From the NCBI GenBank assembly GCA_963709345.1, contig CAVPVX010000001.1, positions 96,001 through 160,000 of the forward strand: a stretch of DNA of 64,000 nucleotides. Direction: 5' to 3'. The position numbers and the translations under genes are program-made. Below the pieces are notes generated by a model that made no database searches, was not told the origin of the DNA, and was given only the letters and a program-made list of their open reading frames with translations. Shown piece after piece: positions 36,901-44,720 of the stretch; position 1 is the stretch's first letter, and each line of letters opens with the position of its first letter. This DNA comes from an uncultured Actinomycetes bacterium (GTDB taxonomy: Bacteria; Actinomycetota; Thermoleophilia; UBA2241).

Positions 36901-39314
36901 AACTGCACACGATCATGCGCGTCAACGACGGTGAAGTCGACAAACGCTGGCTCGGGCAGCGCCTGTCGCTCAGCGACGCGGCCGTCACCCGGGAGGTGAT
37001 CGCGACCAAGCGGCCGACGGTCGTCGGGTCGCTGCGCGACCCGCGCCTCACGCCGGCCGTCCTCGAGATGGACCGGGGTCACGACCGCAAGAGCTGGGCC
37101 ACTCTGCCGCTGATCGCCAAAGGCAGGGTCATCGGCACCGTCGAGCTCGTGGACGACGCAGCCGAGAGGAGCTTCTCGGCGCCGGAACTCGAGACCGCCG
37201 CGGCGATCTGCCATGCGGCCGCCCTGGCGATCGAGAACGCGGCGCTGTTCGCGCGGGAGCAGGCGACGACGCGCGCGACCCAGCTGCTCAACGACATCGC
37301 GCGGAGGACGGCCGCAAGCCTCGACCTCGAAGAGGTCGTGGAGGCGGCCGTGGACGAACTCCGGCAGTTCATCGATTTCGAGGACCACAGTCTGCTCCTG
37401 CTCGACGGCGACGCGATCGGCCGCGTCATCTCGTCGCGCCCGCAGACCGAGGCGCTCGTGGGCCTGACGCTGGACGACCTCGGCTCCGGCTTCGTCGAGC
37501 GCCTCGCCGCCGAGCGCGTCTCGGTCCTGCGGATCCCCGAGGACGTTCCGATCCCGGCCGGCAACCCTGCCCTCGTCGGCCTCAGCCGGGCCGCCGTGAT
37601 CGCGCTGCCCTCCGACAACGGCCTGCTGGGCACGCTCGATCTGCTGAGCAGCCGGAGCGACGACTTCGCCGGCATCGACGCGGACCTCCTCGAGCGCGTC
37701 GGCATGCAGCTCGCGCTGGCAGTCCGCAACACCCAGCTCTACGACGAGATCAAGCAGATGCACCTCGGCAACCTCAAGGCGCTGAGCTCAGCGCTGAACG
37801 CCAAGGACTACTACACCCTCGGCCACGCCGCCCGGGTCGCAGCCTACACGGTGATGCTCGGCCGCGAACTCGGGTGGTCCGAGGACCTGCTCACGCTGCT
37901 GCAGGAGGCCGCCTACCTCCACGACATCGGCAAGATCAGCATCTCGGACCGCGTACTGCTCAAGCCCGGACGTCTCAACCCGCAGGAGTGGGAGCAGATG
38001 CGGGAGCATCCCGTCGTCAGCGCCGACATCATCCAGCCGCTGTTCCCATCCGACCTGGTGCTGGCGGTGCGTCACCACCACGAGCAATACGACGGCGGCG
38101 GCTATCCCGACGGGCTCGCCGGTGAGCAGATACCCGAGATCGCCAGGGCCATGGCTGTCGTGGACGCCTACGACGCTATGTCGTGCCGGCGGCCCTACAA
38201 GGCGGCGTTGACCTACGGGGAGTGCCTCACGGAACTGCACAGATGCCGGGGCTCCCAGTTCGATCCGGAGATGGTCGACGCCTTCCTCACAGTGCTCGAG
38301 GACGTCGCCCGGCGACGCGTCGTCTCGGAACGGGTCGCGGCCGAGGCCGCGGGGCGGATCCGGGGTGAGGTCCACGGGTCCGTAATGGGTAGTGAGGACG
38401 AAGGGTCCGACGCGTATCAGGAGATCGCCCGCGTGCTGCGTGAGGTGCGCGACGCCAACCCGCCGACGCGCTTCCTCACGACCTGCTTGCGGGTCGACAA
38501 CCGCTACGTGATCGGGGTGGACCCGGAGGAGGGCTCCGCGCAATCCCACCTCGGGGACGAGATCTTCGCCGACGACGAGATGATGCTGGTGCTCGCCGGC
38601 GAACGGCCCCCGGTGAACACGCTCTTCGCCGACGAGTTCGGCGTGTGGATCACCGGGCTCGCACCCATCCTGGACGCGGAGGGCCGCGTCGTGGCCGCGG
38701 TCTCGGCCGACCAGCCGGCCCTCACGGGCACCGCGAGCGAGCCGCTGGGCGGCGACGGCCGCCAGACCTTCGCGGCCATGCTCCAGACCGCGGCCGTACG
38801 CCTCAGCCGGGCCGAGATCGACGCCATCACCGACGCGCTGACGGGCCTCTACAACCATCGCTACCTGCACGAGCGTCTGAGCGAGGAACTGCACCGCGCG
38901 CGCGAGCACCAGCGCCCGCTGAGCCTCCTGTTCTGCGACCTCGACAACTTCAAGAGTTACAACGACGCCAACGGGCACAGCGCCGGCGACGCCGTGCTCC
39001 GCCAGGTGGCTCACGTGATCGAGCAGTCCGTGCGCAACATCGACATCGCCGGCCGCTACGGTGGCGAGGAGTTCGTGGTGCTCCTCGTCGAGACCGGCCA
39101 TGAGGCCGCGCTCGTGGTGGCGGAGCGCATCCGCGAACGCATCCGCGCCGCCGCGTTCACCGCGAACGGCGTGCCGCTCACGGTGAGCATCGGCGTGGCA
39201 GGGTATCCGGACGACGCCGAGCGCCGCGAAGACCTGCTCGACAAGGCCGACTGGGCCATGTACCTGGCCAAACGCCGCGGCCGCGACCAAGTGGCGTTGT
39301 TCAGCGACAGTTGA
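33981..39314 (+). CDS. BldC-like HTH - 7x GAF - HD-GYP - Cache-like - GGDEF c-di-GMP signalling protein
   Basis: TVRRW..RTPGGHRRY; seven P(L)..G..G GAF repeats; HDIGK..HHEQYDGGGYP..DAYDAM; DALTGLYN..DLDNFK..GH..GD..RYGGEEF. Confidence 0.92.
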   Translation: MATVKDSPGTRWLRVTDVAGLLGVSANTVRRWTDAGRIAAFRTPGGHRRYLADDVLALLPDTEIAGATVHPGDLSELLRQNHALHTTLAAGLDLAALIAGRPGDVPEKAARALCDLTGSARCDVCLTHGDRLRLVASAGGSRIDRGSPGATWPATERIPVDGDPAAASLVCLRAGDRTLDRRARLALERRGCKALAWAPLTAHGEFVGSLELVDLDDRDLSVHADLLDSLARICAQAVGVAATYKELEYRQSLLRELMELSRDVSQTHDLERFVVRFAQRLLRAVDADCVNVFRASNGVIRALVSVTPDGADASRRDAVLDTARYPSLERLLLDFTPLAIGDLGDPRLGRGEADAMREWGYASSLTVPLVAGGELIGLVYLYDDAERDWEADVEFLTSVCQIVAGLLDSSTLLDETRERAHLGQELLDLGVDIAAAESSADIAARAAARLRRVAGCADCDIWWSEEGYLRCLASVDGDGLDESVSGKILELDHYPSTREALRNRELLVLDDLRDPRITDYEREDWSEYDFRSTMSVPLVSNDTVVGLIDLFDSRERDYREVRWFMESAGRTIADALRNAELLAGLRRGDAALRELVKLGDRLNQAGALEDLARAVAEGLRASLNAEDCDIWQIDGEVLRCLASVDSNGWDEEEVGSERDLASYEATISALAADEPMVIGDLSRTVLDERELQAYRRWGYESMVSLPLVANGRPIGLIDVFDTKVRDYSGLLDFIRNVGHLLASSFENAMLVKGLEDGNRDLRLLVDSGMEFGATLETDAVLRTVSERILEVSRADMCDVYRLGGDQLELLVSVGKTWAENPSGRRHRLQDYGIFAEAANKRRPVASLDVRNQPGMTPMEVHDAEKRDYRSCLDIPLISQGEVIGFVSLMNHDARAFAREEVVVGLAQIAGQAIVNAGLYRELHENLRRMALVGESALELASSLDLQATLVATAKRLCSTVGVGQCEITIIEGEELHTIMRVNDGEVDKRWLGQRLSLSDAAVTREVIATKRPTVVGSLRDPRLTPAVLEMDRGHDRKSWATLPLIAKGRVIGTVELVDDAAERSFSAPELETAAAICHAAALAIENAALFAREQATTRATQLLNDIARRTAASLDLEEVVEAAVDELRQFIDFEDHSLLLLDGDAIGRVISSRPQTEALVGLTLDDLGSGFVERLAAERVSVLRIPEDVPIPAGNPALVGLSRAAVIALPSDNGLLGTLDLLSSRSDDFAGIDADLLERVGMQLALAVRNTQLYDEIKQMHLGNLKALSSALNAKDYYTLGHAARVAAYTVMLGRELGWSEDLLTLLQEAAYLHDIGKISISDRVLLKPGRLNPQEWEQMREHPVVSADIIQPLFPSDLVLAVRHHHEQYDGGGYPDGLAGEQIPEIARAMAVVDAYDAMSCRRPYKAALTYGECLTELHRCRGSQFDPEMVDAFLTVLEDVARRRVVSERVAAEAAGRIRGEVHGSVMGSEDEGSDAYQEIARVLREVRDANPPTRFLTTCLRVDNRYVIGVDPEEGSAQSHLGDEIFADDEMMLVLAGERPPVNTLFADEFGVWITGLAPILDAEGRVVAAVSADQPALTGTASEPLGGDGRQTFAAMLQTAAVRLSRAEIDAITDALTGLYNHRYLHERLSEELHRAREHQRPLSLLFCDLDNFKSYNDANGHSAGDAVLRQVAHVIEQSVRNIDIAGRYGGEEFVVLLVETGHEAALVVAERIRERIRAAAFTANGVPLTVSIGVAGYPDDAERREDLLDKADWAMYLAKRRGRDQVALFSDS

Positions 39315-39431
39315 CGCGCGGGGAAGGGCGGCGCGCAAGAAGGCGACGCGCGAGCACCTGCGAGCCAAACCGCACCAGGCACCGGGGCTTCAGGAGCGGC
39401 GGCGGATGCAGCCGGCCGGCAGAGCGTCGCG

Positions 39432-41447
39432 TCAGGAGCGGCGGCGACGCGCCACGCGCGCGTCGCCACGCCGCAAGGTCAGGCCCTCCCGGTCGAAGGA
39501 CTCGAGGAGGGCCTGGGCGTTGCGCCGCCCGCAGCCGATCGCGTCACGGAAGGCGGCCAGTGTGACCTCGCCGCCCTCCAGCATGTGCGCGAGCCGCCCT
39601 CGCGCGCCGTCGACTGCCGAAGCGATGAACCAGAGATCCTTGTCGAGCCGCACGACGTCACCGCGTCGCGCGAGCACATCGAGCACTTGGGCGAGGTCTC
39701 GTGCCGGACGCCGCAGATCCTCCGAGAGGACGGCAAGGGTCGGCGGCGCGACCGGGTCGGCCGAGAGGCGCGCAAGCACCTCCACGGCAACGGCCTCCTG
39801 CTCGTCGCCGAGGACGCCGGCGCCGGCGGGGGCGTAGCCCCCTTCGCCGGCGACCAGGTCCCCGCTCACGGCCATAGCCTCCAGCAGGACGCCGGCGTCC
39901 GCCGCCGAGAGCGACGGCGTGAGCGCCGCGAGCTCGGCGGTACTGCTGAACGGGCGCTCCGGCCGCGCGGCGGCCCGCGCGGCGGCGCCGGCCTGCAGGG
40001 CCGCGCGGAGCGCGGACACGTGACCGGCGCCGAACCAGCGCCCGCCCCCTTTCGGCAGCGCTGCCTTCGCCCGCGAAGCAGCCCCATCGGGTGCGGGCCC
40101 GGGCAGAGGTTCGAGCTCACCCGCGGCGGCTCCACCGGCCAACGCGGCGGCGGCGGCGACGGCGTCGAACCCCGCGGCCGTGAGGTCGGCGTATGTCAGG
40201 CCCGCCGGCCCACGATCGGCGGAGAGCGCGGCGATCGCCGCCCCGACGTCGCCGGAGCGGACGGCCTCCAGGAACGCGGCGTGGTGCTCGCGCGCGTGCC
40301 AGCGCTGCGCGCCCGCGAGCAGCACCTCGCCGCCGGCGATCGTCGCGACCGGCGAGAGCGAACGGACGATGAAGCGGTCGTGCGACTCGACGAAGGCGTC
40401 GGCATCGAGCCGCACGACCGCCGCCGCGCCGCCGCCGGGCGCGATCTCACGGCCCTCGAGCGGCGCGACACGCGCCAGGTACTGGGCCGTGCCGTGATGC
40501 ACGCGCACCTGATCCCCGGAGCGAAGAGGCCGGGCGTCCGGCAGCAGCGTCACCCAAGCGTCGAACCGACGCCCCGAGCGCCCTGCGAGCTCCGGGGCGA
40601 CCAGCCAGTCTCCGCGGACGATGCCGTCGCGGCCGAGGGCGCGCAGGTTCACGCCCACGCGGCTGCCGGCATGCGCGACGTCGGTCTCCTGATCGTGCAC
40701 CTGGACGCTGCGCACCGCGGCGCGGGCTCCGCCGGGCTCGACCACCAGCGCGTCGCCGGCCCTGAGCTCTCCGCGCCACAGGGTCCCGGTGACGACTGTG
40801 CCTATGCCTTTGAGGGGGAAGACCCGGTCGACGGGGAGCCGCGCCGGACCGCCGCGGCGACCTGCCTCGACCCGCGCCGCGGCACGATCGAGCGCCCTCA
40901 CGAGGTCTTCGGTACCGCGACCGTCTTTGGCGCTCACGGTCACCAGCTCGCACGCCTCGTACGAGCTTCCGGCGAGAAAGCCGCGCACGTCCTCCTCCGC
41001 CAGTTCGAGCAGCTCCTCGTCCACCATGTCGGCCTTGGTGAGCGCGACCACGCCCTCGCGGATCCCGAGAAGCTCGATGATGGCCAGATGCTCGACGGTC
41101 TGTGGCATCACGCCGTCGTCGGCGGCGATGACGAGCAGAAAGAGATCGACACCGGTCGCGCCGGCGACCATGGTGCGCACGAAGCGCTCGTGGCCGGGTA
41201 CGTCGACGACGCTCAGCCGGCCGCCGCCGGGCAACTCGAGCTCCGCGTACCCAAGCTCGATGGAGATGCCCCGCTCCCGCTCCTCGCGCAGCCGGTCGGT
41301 GTTCTTGCCCGTGAGCCGGGTGACGAGCGCCGTCTTGCCGTGGTCGATGTGGCCTGCGGTCCCCAGCGTGAGCGGCCGACCGCCTGACGCCGCCGGAGGG
41401 GCTGGAGCCTCGGAGTGATCCCCTCCCGCTTTGCGCTGAGGCGACAC
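39432..41447 (-). CDS. selB: Selenocysteine-specific elongation factor SelB
   Basis: GTAGHIDHGKT, RGISIELG, DVPGHERFVRTM; C-terminal winged helix GRRNAQALLESFD. Confidence 0.96.
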   Translation of the reverse strand: MSPQRKAGGDHSEAPAPPAASGGRPLTLGTAGHIDHGKTALVTRLTGKNTDRLREERERGISIELGYAELELPGGGRLSVVDVPGHERFVRTMVAGATGVDLFLLVIAADDGVMPQTVEHLAIIELLGIREGVVALTKADMVDEELLELAEEDVRGFLAGSSYEACELVTVSAKDGRGTEDLVRALDRAAARVEAGRRGGPARLPVDRVFPLKGIGTVVTGTLWRGELRAGDALVVEPGGARAAVRSVQVHDQETDVAHAGSRVGVNLRALGRDGIVRGDWLVAPELAGRSGRRFDAWVTLLPDARPLRSGDQVRVHHGTAQYLARVAPLEGREIAPGGGAAAVVRLDADAFVESHDRFIVRSLSPVATIAGGEVLLAGAQRWHAREHHAAFLEAVRSGDVGAAIAALSADRGPAGLTYADLTAAGFDAVAAAAALAGGAAAGELEPLPGPAPDGAASRAKAALPKGGGRWFGAGHVSALRAALQAGAAARAAARPERPFSSTAELAALTPSLSAADAGVLLEAMAVSGDLVAGEGGYAPAGAGVLGDEQEAVAVEVLARLSADPVAPPTLAVLSEDLRRPARDLAQVLDVLARRGDVVRLDKDLWFIASAVDGARGRLAHMLEGGEVTLAAFRDAIGCGRRNAQALLESFDREGLTLRRGDARVARRRRS

Positions 41448-41458
41448 CGCCCGCGGCC

Positions 41459-42910
41459 TCAGACGAGCGCGAGAAGCGCGGCGCCGGCGAGATCGTCGAG
41501 CTCGTCGTCGCCCACGGCGCGCAGGTCGAAGAGCAGGCGGTCGTCTTGCACGCGGCAGACGACGGCTGGGACGCCGCGGCGCAGCAGCTCGGCGCGCCGC
41601 CCAGCCTCGCCCGCGGGCGCCTCGGCCGCAACGGCGACGCTCGGGACTTCGGTCACGGGCAGCGCGCCCGCCCCGGCCCGGGCGACCGTCTCGACCACGT
41701 CCAGCCGGTCGCCGGGCACGCCGGCACCGATCAGCAGCTCACGCAGCCGGCCGGCGCGGCTGCGCACCTCGTCGAGCGGCGCGGCCAGGGCGCGCAGAGT
41801 GGGGATGGACGCGAGAGCGCGCTCCGGATCGAGATACAGGCGCAGCACGGCATCGAGCGCCGCCAGATCGAGCTTGTCGATGCGCACGGCCCGCGCCAAC
41901 GGGTGGCGGCGCATGGCGTCGATGGCGGCAGCCCGGCCGACGGCGATGCCGGCCTGCGGGCCGCCGAGCAGCTTGTCGCCGCTGAAGGTCACGATGTCGC
42001 AGCCGGCGGCGATGCTGTCCGTCAGGGCCGGCTCTTCGGAGAAGAGCTCGAGGCCGGCGAGCGCGCCGCTCCCAAGGTCGTCGACCAGCACGGCGTCGCG
42101 GTCGTGAGCCAGCGCGCCGAGCTCCTCCAGCGAAGGCTCGGCGGTGAAGCCGACGATCCGGAAGTTGCTGGTGTGCACGCGCAGGATCGCCCGCGTACGC
42201 TCGGTCCAGGCGGCCTCGAAGTCGCTGAGGTAGGTCCGGTTGGTGGTGCCGACCTCGACGAGCTCGGCGCCGCTCTCGCGCAGGATGTCGGGGATACGAA
42301 AGCCGTCTCCGATCTCGACCAGCTGGCCGCGGGCGACGAGGACCTCGCCGCCGCGCGCCGTGGCGGCGAGCGCGAGCAGAACTGCGGCGGCGTTGTTGTT
42401 GACGACCAGCGCATCCTCGCAGCCGCCGACGGTGCACAGCACGTCGTGGACGTGGTCCTGGCGCGAGGCACGGTCGCCGCGTGCCAGACTGTACTCGAGG
42501 TCCGTGTAACCGGAGGCGGCGGTGACGACTGCGTCGACCGCCTCCGGCGGGAGCAGCGCCCGGCCGAGGTTCGTGTGCACGACCACCCCGGTCGCGTTGA
42601 TGACACGGCGCAGCGACGGAGTCACCGCCGTCTCGAGAAGACGCGCGGCCCACGGGACGAGAGCGCCCGGCGTGAGGTCGTCCGCCCCGGTGGCGGCCGG
42701 CTCGCCGGCCGCCCTCGCCGCCAGGATCTCGGCGCGCAACCGGTCGATGACGGCGCGCACCGCGTCCACCACCAGCGCGCGGGGGTAGCGCGCGAGAAGC
42801 TCCTCGGCGGCCGGCTCGCGGAGCACCTCGTCGACGGCCGCCAGCGAACGCAGCCGCTTCTGGCTGTCCTCGCCGACGACTTCCTCCCGGTTGCCCTTCG
42901 CCTTGGTCAC
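41459..42910 (-). CDS. selA: L-seryl-tRNA(Sec) selenium transferase
   Basis: INATGVVVHTNLGRA, VNNNAAAV, EVGTTNRT, FSGDKLLGGPQAG. Confidence 0.97.
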   Translation of the reverse strand: MTKAKGNREEVVGEDSQKRLRSLAAVDEVLREPAAEELLARYPRALVVDAVRAVIDRLRAEILAARAAGEPAATGADDLTPGALVPWAARLLETAVTPSLRRVINATGVVVHTNLGRALLPPEAVDAVVTAASGYTDLEYSLARGDRASRQDHVHDVLCTVGGCEDALVVNNNAAAVLLALAATARGGEVLVARGQLVEIGDGFRIPDILRESGAELVEVGTTNRTYLSDFEAAWTERTRAILRVHTSNFRIVGFTAEPSLEELGALAHDRDAVLVDDLGSGALAGLELFSEEPALTDSIAAGCDIVTFSGDKLLGGPQAGIAVGRAAAIDAMRRHPLARAVRIDKLDLAALDAVLRLYLDPERALASIPTLRALAAPLDEVRSRAGRLRELLIGAGVPGDRLDVVETVARAGAGALPVTEVPSVAVAAEAPAGEAGRRAELLRRGVPAVVCRVQDDRLLFDLRAVGDDELDDLAGAALLALV

Positions 42911-42919
42911 ACCGACCGC

Positions 42920-43498
42920 CTATCTCCCGCCGCGAGCCGCCCGCGCCTGGCGCAGCCGGACCCCAGCCATGATCATCGCAAACGCTACCACGCCGAACGC
43001 GAACCACCAGTCGAGAGACGTGAGTCCCATCTCTTCCAGCCACTCGTGTCTCGTCCGATCGACCACCACGAGCCCGAGAGCGGCGAGGCCCCAGATGGAC
43101 TGAGTGATCGTCCAGAAGTGTCGCCCGGAGTCCTCTCGGAACCCCCTGACGGTGGCCCACGACGCAAGGGCCGTGACGCCCAGCGGAATGAGGCCGATGA
43201 CCAGCGCGAGCACAAGCTCCCACAGCAGGCGGCCCACCGACAGCCCCTGGGCCGACCGCCAGATCGGCTCTCCCGATCCGATGCCGAGGACGATGATCAG
43301 CACCCAGCTCACGACGGCGATCAGCCCGAGGGCCGCGATCAGCAGGAAGGGGAGCACTGAAAACGCGCGGACGACGACACCGCGTGAGGGGCCGTCGGGA
43401 CCGGCCGCTCTCTCCTCGTCGTCAGGCTCGAGGTCCGACGGATCGACGCGGCCGTCGGCGCCCCAGCGCGGCATCTTGACGGGCGTGCCCGGCGGCAT
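42920..43498 (-). CDS. Uncharacterised 4-TM membrane protein inside the sel operon
   Basis: Four hydrophobic segments; starts 2 nt after the selD stop and ends 9 nt before selA. Confidence 0.7.
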   Translation of the reverse strand: MPPGTPVKMPRWGADGRVDPSDLEPDDEERAAGPDGPSRGVVVRAFSVLPFLLIAALGLIAVVSWVLIIVLGIGSGEPIWRSAQGLSVGRLLWELVLALVIGLIPLGVTALASWATVRGFREDSGRHFWTITQSIWGLAALGLVVVDRTRHEWLEEMGLTSLDWWFAFGVVAFAMIMAGVRLRQARAARGGR

Positions 43499-43500
43499 CC

Positions 43501-44610
43501 TCAGGCCTCCAGAACAAGTGCGCCGGCCGGACCCGCCAGCACTTCGCCGACCGTCCACGCGCCGGCGCCGGCACGCGCGAGCTCGTCGAGGAGAAGTACG
43601 TGCTTCTCCGGCGCCACGGCCATCAGGAGCCCGCCGGAGGTCTGCGGATCGAAGAGCGCGAGCACTATCGGCTCCTGCTCGGCGATCGGGCCGGCGTAGC
43701 GGCCCGCGGCCGCGCCGGCTTCCACGGCGCCTTCCGGCCGCCCCCCGGCGTCGCCCCCTGCCTCCCGAAGACGCGGCAGGAGGAAGTCGCGATTGTTGCG
43801 CAATCCGCCGGCGTAGACCTGCCGCTCTATCAGCGGCGGAACGCCGTCGTGCAGCGGCACGTCGGCGAGACGAAGCACTGCCGCCGCCCCGCTCGCGTCG
43901 AGCATCTCGCTCAGGTGCCCCGCGAGCCCGAAGCCGCTGATGTCGGTGCACGCGTGCACCCCGACGCGGCCCATGGCGACGGCCGCCGCCGCGTTCAGGG
44001 CGGCCGCCTCCTCGATCGCCGGCATCATCTCCTCTTCCGTCACGAGCCCGTTCTTGAGCGCGCTCGCGAGCACGCCGATGCCGAGATGCTTCGTGAGCAC
44101 CAGCCGGTCGCCCGGCTTTGCCCCGCCGTTGTAGACGATCTCCTCGGGCCTGGCGACGCCGGTGACGGCCAAGCCGTACTTCGGCTCCTTGTCGTCGATC
44201 GAGTGGCCCCCGGCGAGCTCGGCGCCGGCCTCGAGCACCTTCTCCATGCCGCCGCGCAGGATCTCGCCGAGGTGCGCGAAGTCCAGGTCGGCCGGCCAGG
44301 CCACCAGGTTCATGGCCGTCAGCGGCCGCGCGCCCATCGCGTACACGTCGCTCAGCGCGTTCGCCGCCGCGAGCTGCCCAAACCAGTAGGGCGAGTCGAC
44401 GATGGGCGTGAAGAAGTCGACCGTCTGCACCAGGCAGAGGTCGTCGGTGATCGGCACCACCGCGGCGTCGTCGCGCGTCTCCAGAAGACGCGCGAACTCA
44501 CCGGTGGCGGCGGGCATGCTCTCGAGGACGGCCTGCAGGTCGCACGGACCCAGCTTGGCCGCTCAGCCGCTCTTGGCCGCGAACTGCGTGAGTCGGATCT
44601 TGTCGGTCAT
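43501..44610 (-). CDS. selD: Selenide, water dikinase SelD, selenoprotein (Sec at codon 16)
   Basis: ATG at 44610 reads MTDKIRLTQFAAKSG-UGA-AAKLGP, in frame with DDAAV, QTVDFFTP, ANALSDVYAMG, GGHSI, DPQTSGGLL. Confidence 0.96.
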
Positions 44611-44720
44611 GCGGCTAGCTTACCGCAGGCGGTGGCACGCCCGAAGCCGCGGAGGCCGGGCGCGGGCGCGGGCCTGCGGCTCGGTCCACCCGGCGACGCC
44701 GGTGATACGCTAGGGCTGCC

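Noticed and set aside
33831-37763. 1310-aa antisense ORF and many other long overlapping ORFs (e.g. 14419-16587, 39585-41387, 41546-43360)
   Set aside because: Shadow frames of real genes in high-GC DNA; no motifs, and they mirror the sense codon bias.
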